Source: an uncultured Planctomycetota bacterium (GTDB lineage: Bacteria; Planctomycetota; Planctomycetia; Isosphaerales; Isosphaeraceae). Taken from it: DNA of 64,000 nt. Positions 24,401 to 33,269 of the stretch are shown here, one piece after another. The stretch is taken from contig CAWJTV010000038.1 in NCBI GenBank assembly GCA_963845755.1, forward strand, positions 96,001-160,000, read 5' to 3'. The notes under the pieces are model-generated. The model searched no databases and was not told where the DNA came from. It was given only the letters and a program-made list of their open reading frames with translations. How positions within the stretch are numbered: the stretch's first letter is position 1; each line of letters starts with the position of its first letter. The position numbers were made by a program, and so were the translations under genes.

Positions 24401-25026
24401 GCTGGTATTCCACGACCAGCTTCACGGTGAACCTGGACCTGATCGACGGGAAGGCGCACGATATCGAGCTGTACTTCCTCGACCTGCAAAGCTCGCCGAG
24501 CCGGGTCGAGCAGATCCAGATCAGCGACGCGAAGACGGGGACGGTCCTGGACACCGAGACGGTCTCGTCGTTCACCGGCGGGGTGTATCTGGATTGGAAG
24601 GTGCAAGGCGATGTGACGATCACGATCACGCACGAGGCCGGCGTGAACGCGGTGCTCAGCGGGATCTTCATCGATCCGGTCACCTCTTCGCCTTCGGCGA
24701 CCCCTGCCGTCGTGGAAGTCGGCCAGGACAACGCGCCTCAGGACATCAGAATGACAACCGTCAGCACGCCGACGACCTCCGCGATCGGCACGCTCGACTC
24801 TCGGAGCGGGAACACGGTCGCACTGCTGTCCGCGATGGAAAACTCGACATCGCCGCGCGTGCTGGTCCATGACGAGGCTCTCGAGCGGTTCACGGCGGAG
24901 TTGAGCACACCGCCGCGGCAGCCGGTCTATCAGCCCGCCGCGCTCGCGGGGCGATCGGCCTGGAGACCCTCACTGGCGCGTCGGGCTGGTGTGGCCCGCG
25001 TACAACCCGATCGTGAAGCGCTGTGA
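21490..25026 (+). CDS. Large planctomycete surface protein: LEPRxLL signal, right-handed beta-helix, Ig-like (Big_5-like) domain, three 166-aa repeats
   Basis: RPRFESLEPRLVLS; YYVATTGND..GS.SSPF beta-helix cap; Asn/Ile ladders; DILGNPRP..DIGAYEY; TATFNEAV..LTP..ALAYNTSYT. Confidence 0.9.
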   Translation: MRHLITRFPRVARLNIKTSRRVDRRGVALRPRFESLEPRLVLSTYYVATTGNDKNNGSKSSPFATLQHAMISLEPGDILDVESGSYAGFISGWDSSTPASSGDPYGYIDGTAGNPITIQADPSAPAGSVIIDSRDNETAVGIDLEPGDNYITISGLTIEDGDGSITKDGFKVTGINDSLIDNTVTGVGGFGIIADNANNVLLQGNTVSGTTGSGDTGHGIYISGSTNDAVVEGNTIANNDYIGIHINGDASEGGLGLVTNALIEDNVIYGNGQNGINADGLQNSVIENNLIYNYQDFGICLYQVDASGPSKNNIIVDNTIDYGTSSGAGAALRILDGSTGNTVLNNILLGGGGITIRISSDSMSGLTSNYNVVESLFQSEDTGNTESLAQWQSSTGQDAKSFTATPSQLFVNPSGNNYQELSTSPSIGAGTATDSPSTDILGNPRPSSYGYDIGAYEYEGSSSGAPTVVSESPGQNASNVNVSTTATATFNEAVQSSTITFTLTPSGGSPVAASLSYNTSTDTVTLTPKSALAYNTSYTATVSGAKDSAGDPMTSPFSWSFTTVASTSAATFLEQDTTTQGSWIKTYGTQGYDVIGDTPSLSPYATVSPSGELTHVWSASTTAPQALQNPGGSGRIEECWYSPTSFTVNLDLIDGQLHDIELYFLDLQSSPSRVEQIQISDAGSGTVLDTETVSSFTGGVYLDWKVQGDVTITITHEAGVNAVLSGIFIDPAGSSATFLKTDTTTQGSWIGTYGTQGYDVIGDTPSLSPYATVSPSGELTHVWSASTTAPQALQNPGGSGRIEECWYSPTSFTVNLDLIDGQLHDIELYFLDLQSSPSRVEQIQISNAGSGKVLDTETVSSFTGGVYLDWKVQGDVTITITHEAGVNAVLSGIFIDPAGSSATFLKTDTTTQGSWIGTYGTQGYDVIGDTPSLSPYATVSPSGELTHIWSASTTAHQALQNPGGSGRIEECWYSTTSFTVNLDLIDGKAHDIELYFLDLQSSPSRVEQIQISDAKTGTVLDTETVSSFTGGVYLDWKVQGDVTITITHEAGVNAVLSGIFIDPVTSSPSATPAVVEVGQDNAPQDIRMTTVSTPTTSAIGTLDSRSGNTVALLSAMENSTSPRVLVHDEALERFTAELSTPPRQPVYQPAALAGRSAWRPSLARRAGVARVQPDREAL
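23191..24680 (+). repeat. Three near-identical intragenic 498-bp tandem repeats
   Basis: Period 498 bp (matching antisense ORFs at 23298 and 23796); only scattered substitutions between copies. Confidence 0.95.
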
Positions 25027-25034
25027 GAGCGCCG

Positions 25035-25153
25035 AACGCGGCCTTCGGCCGCAACGCCAGAGGGATTCCTGATTCGAGATTCGAGATTCCGGATCCAGAT
25101 ATCGTTCCATCGGGAATCTCGAATCTCGAATTCCCCAGAGGCGCGCACGGCGC
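25035..25153 (+). repeat. Composite palindromic repeat, copy A (GCGGCCTTCGGCCGC hairpin plus inverted GATTCGA heptamer arrays)
   Basis: Matches the reverse complement of 40217-40343 at AACGCGGCCTTCGGCCGCAAC, GGAATCTCGAATCTCGAATT and GCGCGCACGGCGC. Confidence 0.85.
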
Positions 25154-25177
25154 AGAGATCCTACGGAGGATGACGCT

Positions 25178-25297
25178 AGAGCTCTGAACGATTAGCTTGC
25201 ATACGGGGTCGTAGGGTGCTCTGTGAGCACCAATGTCCCTCGGCGGCCCTCAAGCGGTGCTCACTACGGCCCTTGCGCATCCCAAGCGTTCAGCGCT
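25178..25297. repeat. REPIN-like imperfect palindrome with a GTAG-type REP
   Basis: AGCTCTGAACG...GTAGGGTGCTCTGTGAGCACC-spacer-GGTGCTCAC[9-nt deletion]TAC...CGTTCAGCGCT. Confidence 0.7.
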
Positions 25298-25299
25298 TA

Positions 25300-26628
25300 G
25301 TGGTCCATCTCGCAATTAACGGTAGGGTTAGCGACTCGTGGAGGCGGCCGCTATGCTGGGAGATTCGTCGCTGAAAACTCTCTGGCCGCACGTATTCGGA
25401 GTCGTCTCGTGCCTGGCCCTCCGCCTCTTTATCACCCGAGCTTCCCTGCTGAGTTCCTCGCCGAGGCCCGGCGGCTCTTTCTCGCTCGCACCGCGGCGTC
25501 GCATCTCCGACAGCGCGCTCACTTGGTCTTGCTCCTTCACGAATACCCCACCCTTTCCAACGCGGCAGCCGTAGCCCGCCTTGATCTCCATCCCCATTCC
25601 ATTCGCCGCTGGGCCGGAGGTCAGTTCACTCTCGAGGACGACCTCGGCCGGGGTCGCAAGCCGGTCTTTTCCCCCCCTCGACAGGGCCGTGATCACCTCG
25701 ATCGCCTGTGATGTGGCGGCCCGCACCGGAAAACCTCTGAGCCGCCAATCTTCGGCCGATCTCGCCCGCCGCGCCCGAGACGAACCCAACCAACCGATTA
25801 GCCGGAGCACAGTCTGGCGAATCCTCGACGAGGATGCCATCAAGCCTTGGCAATACGAACACTGGATCTTCCCCCGTGCCAGCAACTTCTTCGAGAAGGC
25901 CGCCGTCGTCCTGGATCTCTACGAAGGTTACTGACAAGGGGAACGCATCGATCCGTTCGACCGGATCATCAGCTCGGACGAGAAGATCAGCATCCAGGCC
26001 CGCATCCGCTGTCACGCGAGCCTCGGGCCGGCTTCCGGTCGGCGCCGGCGAGTCGAAGCGGAATACCACCGCGGCGGGGCGTTGCAATCCCTGGCCGCCC
26101 GGGACGTTCAGCAAGGGCGGGTCATGGGCCTGTGCGAGGCCAAGACCGGCATCGAACCGTTCGGGCGACTGGTCCGGCACGTCATGAAACGGCCGGAATA
26201 CGCTTCGGCGCATCGCGCAGTTCTGGGTGGTGGATAACGGTTCGTCGCACCGGGACGAAGCCGCGGTAAAGCGGATGAGTCGAGCGTATCCCCAGGCCAT
26301 CTTGGTGCATACGCCGGTCCATGCGAGCTGGCTCAACCAAGTGAAGTGGAAGTCTACTTCTCGCTCTTGCAAAGGAAGGTCCTTACACCCCATGGCTCGG
26401 CCGATCTGCAAGAGTTGGCATGGCGGATCAAGCTCTACGAAGAATTGACGAACAGCCAACCGAAGCCGTTCGATTGGAAGTTCACCAAGTACGACCTGTT
26501 TAACCTCCTGGAGCGGATCGCCCAGCGGGAAGCCGCCGCCAAGGCCACGGCGCACGACAACCTGGCAAGCTGCTCAGGATCTTGATCCGAGAGTCGGTAA
26601 CCCTACCATTAATTGCGAGATGGACCAC
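25300..26628 (+). mobile_element. IS630-family insertion sequence, 1329 bp, with TA target duplication
   Basis: 31-bp terminal inverted repeats GTGGTCCATCTCGCAATTAA(C/T)GGTAGGGTTA with one mismatch, flanked by TA at 25298-25299 and 26629-26630. Confidence 0.95.
25409..26585 (+). pseudogene. IS630 transposase, disrupted
   Basis: HTH N-terminus; DDE motifs SSDEK, VDNGSSH and HASWLNQV/EVYFS; in-frame TGA at 25932-25934 and frameshifts near 25670, 26220 and 26345. Confidence 0.9.
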
Positions 26629-27006
26629 TAAGGACCGCGGCCCCTCCGGGGCCTTCCGGATGCCTCATTCCCATGCTCGACCAACGTGTGAACGGCTACT
26701 CACAGAGGGCACAGAGAAGAATTTGTCGATGCCTTTTTTCGACCTAACCGCTTGCACCTCGAGACGTTATGAAATCGTGCACGGCGTACAAGATTCTCGA
26801 AGTTCGTAGTACAGAGCACCCGACCAACCGCCTGGGAAGGCTTCTCGTACACCCTTTCCATCCCGACGATCACCATTCGAACCCCCAGGCTCGCCGCCGC
26901 CTTCGAACTCCCGAACGGACGGGTTAGAATCGAGGCGGCGTCCCCGAGTGCCCGGTTGCCGACCGAATGGACGATTCGAGAAACTCGACCCTCTCCTGGA
27001 GAAGAC

Positions 27007-27381
27007 ATGGCGGACGAATTCTTCGCGGTGAACACGTCTGATCAACCCTGGGAAGAACGTTTCAACGAGAAACTGGGGAAGGTGATCCTCCGCAAGGACT
27101 TGTATACCGACCCGGAGACCGGGGCCGAGATCCGGCTGGTCCGCTATCCCGCCGGGGTCGTGAATCCGCATCATACGCACCCGTGCGGGCACGGTCTGTA
27201 TGTCCTCGAAGGCCGGCTCGTCACCCATAAAGGGACGTTCGGCCCGGGAACCTTCGTCTGGTTCCCGGAAGGAGAGGTCATGGAGCATGGCGCCACCGCC
27301 GACGCGGATGTCACCGTTCTCTTCATCACCAACAAACGCTTTCGCATCGACTACGTAGATGAGTCCATCCCTTTGGCGTGA
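27007..27381 (+). CDS. Cupin domain protein (ChrR/cupin_7-like)
   Basis: RLVRYPAG..NPHHTHPCGHGLYVLEG and WFPEGEVMEHG motifs; GGAGA RBS. Confidence 0.85.
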   Translation: MADEFFAVNTSDQPWEERFNEKLGKVILRKDLYTDPETGAEIRLVRYPAGVVNPHHTHPCGHGLYVLEGRLVTHKGTFGPGTFVWFPEGEVMEHGATADADVTVLFITNKRFRIDYVDESIPLA

Positions 27382-27558
27382 ATGCCGAGGAGCCGGGCAA
27401 GACCTGCGATGCCGGCGCACGAGCAATACAACCGGTTGATCGGCCGGATTCGGCGCGGTGCCCGGGGCTCTCCTGGGGGTGGCGGTCCCCCAGGCACGCC
27501 GACCGTCGTCCGCGACTGGATCTTATGCGGAGACGCTACCAAGTCTCATGCGGAGATT

Positions 27559-27909
27559 CTACGGAGGAAGACTCGATTCATCTTCGTCGGACTCCGCGAG
27601 CAAATCACCCAGCCGATCCAGCCGCCGTTCCCACATCGAACGCCGATCGCGGATCCACTGCTCCAGGACCGAAAACCCCGCCGTCTCGAGGCGGCACGTG
27701 CGAACCCTCCCGAGCTTCTCGGTGTGCACCAGTCCGCTTTCCTCCAACACTTGCAAGTGTTGAATGACCGCGGTCAGGGTGATCTCCAGGGGCGTCGCCA
27801 ACCGGGAGACCGAGAGGGGCCCTTCGCTGAGCTTCTCCACGATGGCCCGGCGCGTGGGATCGCCGAGAGCGTGAAACACACGGTCGATGTTCACTTTTGG
27901 GCTGGGCAT
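27559..27909 (-). CDS. ArsR/SmtB family transcriptional regulator
   Basis: VFHALGDPTRRAIVEKL...HLQVLEESGLVHTEKLGRVR. Confidence 0.92.
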   Translation of the reverse strand: MPSPKVNIDRVFHALGDPTRRAIVEKLSEGPLSVSRLATPLEITLTAVIQHLQVLEESGLVHTEKLGRVRTCRLETAGFSVLEQWIRDRRSMWERRLDRLGDLLAESDEDESSLPP

Positions 27910-27950
27910 GGCGCGTACCGTTTCCGTCACACTCGCGGATGGAATCGATG

Positions 27951-28096
27951 TGACCACGGGCGTGAGCCCGTGATTCGGTCGGGGAACCTCCAGCCTCGCA
28001 CGTCCGCGCGATCCGCTCAAGCCATCGGATGGGGCTGACGCCCGAGGTGGGTGGGCTGCGCCCGTCCGAACCACGCACTCACGTACCTGGTCACGG
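27951..28096. repeat. Dispersed ~146-bp MITE-like or structured repeat, copy 1
   Basis: Reverse-complement match to 56802-56947; self-complementary ends TGACCA..GTGAG / CTCAC..TGGTCA. Confidence 0.9.
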
Positions 28097-28129
28097 TCCG
28101 CTGCCACTTTCCCTCTTGCGTGGTTCGAC

Positions 28130-28603
28130 TCAGCGCGCGAGCTCATTCGCCAGTCGTTCGAGGAGTTGACGCCAGCCCTCCTCGCGCCTTTGAGGACCAT
28201 CCGCGCCCTCGAAGAATGCCCCCTGATGCGTGCAGATGAGGTCGGTCCCGTGGTCCGTCGGCAAGAACTCGACGCTGACCAGCGACGCCGAGATGCGCCG
28301 GTCGCCGAGGGTCATCGTCAACGCCTCGACAATCCGTCGGTTGGGCACGATGTCCTGATACCTTCCCTCGTTCGTCAAGGCGACGCCCGGGAACGGGGTG
28401 CCTTCCTTGAAACGATACCGCGCTCGCTCGGTACCTCCGACTCGAAAATCCATCGCAAACTCCTCGACGTCATGGTGCTCCCCTTCGATAAACCACCGGC
28501 GCTTCGTGGCTGCGTCGGCGAATGCCGAGAACACGCGTTCCAGAGGCTTCGGATAGCTCCGTTCGATGACGAAGGTACTGTGGATGACGGATGGCTCTTG
28601 CAT
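28130..28603 (-). CDS. SRPBCC (AHSA1/START-like) domain protein
   Basis: TFVIERSY..PLERVFSAF, MDFRVGG, YQDIVPNRRIV, EEGWRQLLERL. Confidence 0.92.
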   Translation of the reverse strand: MQEPSVIHSTFVIERSYPKPLERVFSAFADAATKRRWFIEGEHHDVEEFAMDFRVGGTERARYRFKEGTPFPGVALTNEGRYQDIVPNRRIVEALTMTLGDRRISASLVSVEFLPTDHGTDLICTHQGAFFEGADGPQRREEGWRQLLERLANELAR

Positions 28604-28622
28604 GGGTTTCCCTTTCTGCTGT

Positions 28623-28684
28623 TAGTGAAGTCGTCACTTCAGTATTAGCCCGCGGGCCCCGATTGTCAAGTCGCTACTTCAGTA
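28623..28684 (-). promoter_or_regulatory. Sigma70-type promoter with two candidate ArsR operators
   Basis: Minus strand TTGACA (28669-28664)-N17-AATACT; sites TAGTGAAG-N6-CTTCAGTA and TTGTCAAG-N6-CTTCAGTA 40 bp apart overlap the -10 and -35. Confidence 0.7.
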
Positions 28685-28915
28685 TTTTTCCGAGGGATCC
28701 ATTCCGGCTGGTTTCGACTGCTACGGGTGAGGTCGGGCGAGAATTCGGGGTGAGGGTCTCGGTTTCAGATTATGCTGTGAGTATGATGGATGCCCACGAC
28801 GATCCTCGGAGTCTGAGGCGTTGGCGTCGATCGCCGTTCTGTCGCACCCATCACAACACGTCCGCCGAATTCCGAGGCGCAAGGGGTTCTCGTCCCGTGG
28901 ATCAGGAGCCATCTC

Positions 28916-29950
28916 GTGAGCACACAAGCTGACAACATGCCGTCGCCGACCCTTACGGAATTGATACCTCCGAAAGACGACTACCTCTACTTCGAACATG
29001 CGCGAGACCAGCCCTTCCAACCGCTCGCCGACGACTTCTCCCTCGTCAACGCCCGGTGGCTGGCCGAGGTGTCCCTGCTGGCCTACGGGTCCGAATCGTT
29101 CATCCGGCCGCGACTCGAGGCCAGCGAAAACGCCCTGCCCTCGACGCTCGACCTCCGAGTCTTCACCGACGATGACCATGGCAACCAGTGCGTCGTCATC
29201 AGTGGAGACCAGTTCGCGATCGTCGCATTCCGGGGGACGCGCGTTAACCGATTCCCCGACCCGATCGACCTGTACCGGTTGCCTTTGGTCAACACCATCG
29301 ACCTGTGGACCGACATCGACTTCGCGATCCCGCCGGTAGGCCACATCCATCCGGGGTATCTGGCGTCGCTCGACGCCGTCTGGCAGCAGGGAATCGCATC
29401 GTATCTGGACGACACCCTCGGAGGCCGGGACGGTCGCCGCGCGATCTGGTTTACCGGGCACAGTATGGGGGCGGCACTCGCCACCATCGCGGCGGACCGC
29501 TATGGCAAGGATGCCGCCCGGGGCTTGTATACCTTCGGTTCACCCCGGACCGGGGACAAGACCTTCGCGAGCCAGTTCGCGATCCCGTGCTTCCGATTCG
29601 TGGACAATATCGATTTCGTGCCGCATCTGCCGCCGGCGGGCGGCTTCGAAGGGTACACGCATGTTCGTTCGACCTTAAAATTCATCGAAGCGGACGGGGC
29701 GATCACCGACGGCCCCGGTATCCTGGAGGCGATCGAGAGTGGGACGGATGAGAACGTCCGGGTCCTCCTGGGTACGGTCCGGGCGCTCAATCCCTTCACG
29801 ATCGCGGGCCGGCTCCTGGGGAGAACGATTCCCGGCGCCTCGGACCTGACCGGCAAACTGGGCCTGGATGTCGTGCCGGTTGCCCCGCTGGTGGACCATG
29901 CACCGATCAATTACGTGACGCGCATCCGAACCGCACTCGAACGATCCTGA
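28916..29950 (+). CDS. Lipase class 3 family protein
   Basis: IVAFRGT, IHPGY, WFTGHSMGAALA (GxSxG), YTFGSPRTGD, DFVPHLPP, DHAP. Confidence 0.92.
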   Translation: MSTQADNMPSPTLTELIPPKDDYLYFEHARDQPFQPLADDFSLVNARWLAEVSLLAYGSESFIRPRLEASENALPSTLDLRVFTDDDHGNQCVVISGDQFAIVAFRGTRVNRFPDPIDLYRLPLVNTIDLWTDIDFAIPPVGHIHPGYLASLDAVWQQGIASYLDDTLGGRDGRRAIWFTGHSMGAALATIAADRYGKDAARGLYTFGSPRTGDKTFASQFAIPCFRFVDNIDFVPHLPPAGGFEGYTHVRSTLKFIEADGAITDGPGILEAIESGTDENVRVLLGTVRALNPFTIAGRLLGRTIPGASDLTGKLGLDVVPVAPLVDHAPINYVTRIRTALERS

Positions 29951-30139
29951 CGCCCGATGGAACCCGGTGGGCCTCATGCCGCGTTGCCGTGTTCGACCCA
30001 CTCTACGGGGCTTCGCGTACACCTCTTCAGGGCAGGTACCCCGTAGCGTTGCGCCTGGCTCAGGAGTAAGTTCTGAGAGGTGGCCGCTCGAATGAGCGGC
30101 ATGACCTGACGACCGGCGACCTTCTGAGGATCTCACGAA

Positions 30140-31372
30140 ATGGAAGTGCGAAGCTGGCGAAGCGCGGCAATTGGCTTATCCGTGATCTTGCTGACGATGG
30201 CTCCCGCGCGTGGGAGCGACAAGGGCACGCCCGTTTCGTGGAAGAAGACCGTGATCGAGGGGAAGTTCCGGTCCGAGGGGGTGGCGATCGCCGACGTGAA
30301 TCACGACGGCAAGCTCGACGTGCTCATCGGCGATTCGTGGTACGAGGCCCCGTCGTGGGCCAAGCACGATATCCGGAAGCCCGGTGATTACGGCGACGGC
30401 CTGCACAAGTATAGCGATTGCATGACCTGCTGGACGGACGACATCAACGGCGACGGCTGGGCCGACCAGATCGTCATCGGCTTTCCCGGCGTACCGACAT
30501 ACTGGTACGAGAACCCCCAGGGAAAGCCGGGCTACTGGCCCCGTCACGAGGCCTGGCACAGTTCCTGCAATGAAACTCCGCTGTATACAGACCTCTTCGG
30601 GGACGGTCATCGCGTGCTGGTCATGGGCTGGCAGCCCAAGGGTAAGAAGGACGAGGGCCAGATGGCCTGGTTTACACCCGGCCCCGATCCCACCAAGCCG
30701 TGGGAGATGCACGCGGTCAGCGAGCCCAGCCAACCCGGCAAGGTCATCCCCGGCACCTCCCAATTCTCCCACGGCCTGGGTGTGGGCGACCTCAACGGCG
30801 ACGGCCGCAATGACGTGATCTGCACCGGCGGTTGGTGGGAACAGCCCGAGTCGGGCCGCAACAGCCCCACGCCGTGGTCGTTCCACCCCGCTCGCCTGGG
30901 CGATGCCGTGGCCGACATGATCGCCTACGATGTGAACCATGACGGAAAGGCTGACGTCATCGCCAGTTCCGCCCACCAGTACGGCATCTGGTGGTTCGAA
31001 CAGGGCGCGGCGAAGGATGGGTCGCCCGTCTTCACCAAGCACGACCTCTTCCCCGAACTCGTCTCCGAGACCCATGCCCTGATCGCCGCGGATATCAACC
31101 GTGATGGACTGAAGGACCTGGTCACGGGCAAGCGCTTCTGGTCGCACGGTCGGAGTGAGGCCGGCTCCGACAAGCCAGCCCGGCTCTACTGGTTCGAGGC
31201 GGGCCACGGCCCTGACGGCAAGATCGCCTTCACCCCGCGCGAGATCGACGACCAGAGCGGCATCGGCACCCAGTTCGTCGTGGCCGACTTCAATGGCGAT
31301 GGGCTGCTCGATATCGTCACGTCCAACAAGAAGGGCGTGTTTCTCCTCGAACAAATCCCAACGACTCAGTAG
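30140..31372 (+). CDS. Secreted FG-GAP/VCBS repeat protein
   Basis: Signal peptide; repeated DxNxDGxxD Ca-binding motifs (DVNHDGKLD, DINGDGWAD, DLNGDGRND, DFNGDGLLD). Confidence 0.9.
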   Translation: MEVRSWRSAAIGLSVILLTMAPARGSDKGTPVSWKKTVIEGKFRSEGVAIADVNHDGKLDVLIGDSWYEAPSWAKHDIRKPGDYGDGLHKYSDCMTCWTDDINGDGWADQIVIGFPGVPTYWYENPQGKPGYWPRHEAWHSSCNETPLYTDLFGDGHRVLVMGWQPKGKKDEGQMAWFTPGPDPTKPWEMHAVSEPSQPGKVIPGTSQFSHGLGVGDLNGDGRNDVICTGGWWEQPESGRNSPTPWSFHPARLGDAVADMIAYDVNHDGKADVIASSAHQYGIWWFEQGAAKDGSPVFTKHDLFPELVSETHALIAADINRDGLKDLVTGKRFWSHGRSEAGSDKPARLYWFEAGHGPDGKIAFTPREIDDQSGIGTQFVVADFNGDGLLDIVTSNKKGVFLLEQIPTTQ

Positions 31373-31374
31373 AA

Positions 31375-31490
31375 GGCTGTTTCAAAAGGGGGACAGGCAC
31401 CTCGAAGATTCGGAGCCAGTCCCCGTTTTGGTTTCAAAAGGGGGACAGGCACCTCGAAGACTCGGAGCCAGTCCCCGTTTTGAAACAGCC
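31375..31490. repeat. MITE-like element with 13-bp terminal inverted repeats and an internal 2 x 52-bp tandem duplication
   Basis: GGCTGTTTCAAAA...TTTTGAAACAGCC enclosing two GGGGACAGGCACCTCGAAGA(T/C)TCGGAGCCAGTCCCC units. Confidence 0.85.
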
Positions 31491-31507
31491 AGTAAGCGGC
31501 TGTCCTC

Positions 31508-31572
31508 GTAGGGAGGGTGCAACCGACCGAACCTCTGGGTTCCCTGGGACTGGTGGGTTTCACCCGTTCTAC
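31508..31572. repeat. Degenerate GTAG-type REP doublet
   Basis: GTAGGGAGGGTGCAACCGACC ... GGTGGGTTTCACCCGTTCTAC in inverted orientation between convergent genes. Confidence 0.6.
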
Positions 31573-31600
31573 GAATTGTCCTACCGGCCCAGCCTGTCAA

Positions 31601-33077
31601 TCAGCCGTTGATGACCTTCAGGATTCGCTGCCAGTATCCCTGGCGTTCCCGCTGGAGGTCGGTGATCTTCCGGGTCAGGTGGGCGTACATCTCCGGGCCG
31701 CTCATGGCGGGCATCGCCGCGGTCAGAGGGCCTTCCTTTTCCTCGGGCGCGGCGGCGGGCCGTTTCTTTCTGGGCTTCTCCGCCGGTTCCGGGGGTTTCC
31801 GTGAGGTCTCCTCGGTGGAGCGTTGGGCCGAGCGGGCACGAGGGCTCGATTCGGGCTTCGGTGAACCCGACGGGGAAGCCGGCTCGCCGCTGCTGGCCTT
31901 ACGGCTGGCTTCCGGGCTTGGGCGGGCGGGCCCTGGCGCCGGGAGATGTGCCAGTTGAGCATTCAGTCGGGTCAGCTCCTTGGTGAGCTGCTGCACCCGG
32001 CCCAGCTCATCGCGGACCGTTGCCTGATGCTCGCGATGCATGGCGACGAACATCTGGACCATCATCACCATGTCGTTATGGAAGCTCTCCATGAGTTGCA
32101 TCTGCTGCTGCCACATGGAGAAGAGGTTCGCGTTGGTAGGGAGCACCGGCTCCCATTCTCCGCGACTGGAAACGGCCGGCGCGATGGCAGGAACCGCAGA
32201 CCACGGAGCTTCCGCCTTCACCAGCTCGGTACGCGGGAACCCGGAGCGGATTGCCAGGGCGCGAGGCTGATGGTCGGGAGGGCTCGAGGAAACTCCGGGG
32301 ACAACGTCGGCCAGTGCCGGTGGGCTCGCGCCGGCCTCCAGCGGCACGTCCTCCCGGCGGATCTGTTCCGGTGGGTTTTCGTACCGGACGATCAGGGTGA
32401 ACAGGCCGAGCCGGACCACGTCGCCTTCGGCGAGCCAGGCCCATCGCACCCGTGTCCCGTTGACGTAGACCCCTTCCCGGGCCAGCAGGTCGACCACCCA
32501 GAGCCCCATCGGAGTGCGCACCAGGCTCGCATGCTGCCGTGAGACGCTCGGATCGGTGAGGACGAGCTGACATTGGTCGGCCCGACCTACCAGGGCCTGG
32601 AGGCTGTCCATCTCCCAGGTCGGCGATTTTCCTCCCACGCGAAACGGAAGTTCCAGCAGCGGTCGCGGCAGCGGATTCGCTTCCGACCCGGTCACGACCG
32701 GGCCGGTGGGCTCATCGGTCCGGCGATCCGTCCGATGGAGCCGGTAGGGGCCGACCTGAATGAAGTGTCCAGGATCGAGACACCCCTGGGACTGGGGCAC
32801 CTCCTGGCCATCCTCGAAAACTTTCGTCCGACTCTCCAGGTCGATCCAGTAAACTCGGCCCGCGACGGCCTGGAGAAACGCATGCCGCCGGCTGATCTGC
32901 GTGTCGTTCAATAACAGATCGGCCTCCGGATCCCGGCCGACGAGCATGAACGGACGGGGATAGTCCAGGGGCGTGTAGGCCCCGGTCGAACGAACTCACC
33001 TTCTGAGAAACCAGGGCGAGCGACTCGCCAAGGCCGCAGGCTCTTCGGAACAGCTCCATCGCTGGCTCATAGCTCAT
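31601..33077 (-). CDS. Tandem FHA-domain protein with C-terminal coiled coils; frameshifted near 32990
   Basis: LVGRD...ISRRHA and LVGRAD...VSRQHA...GVYVNG; N-terminus MSYEPAMELFRRACGL lies in another frame. Confidence 0.85.
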
Positions 33078-33269
33078 GGCGAACGTCGGTTGCCCGTCGA
33101 GTGTCGGCGAATCGCGGCTCGGCTGCAACGAACGAGTCTCGATCGCTTGGTCTACAATACCCAGTATACTATTGAAATCGCTTCTTGCGGATTACGCAAG
33201 GATTCCCGCCTTTCTCCGGGGAGAGAGCGGGAAGGCGACCCCGAAGATCGGTACCCCTCGCCCGCAAGA

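Noticed and set aside
25256..26824. Nested model in which an ACTACG...CGTAGT-bounded element split one REP (GGTGCTC + ACAGAGCACCCGAC)
   Set aside because: The join rebuilds a REP, but the longer 25178-25297 palindrome explains the left part more simply as a 9-nt deletion, and a 6-bp inverted repeat is weak evidence
31380..31483. 52-bp tandem units as a mini-CRISPR
   Set aside because: The units are contiguous duplicates with no unique spacer and are enclosed by terminal inverted repeats
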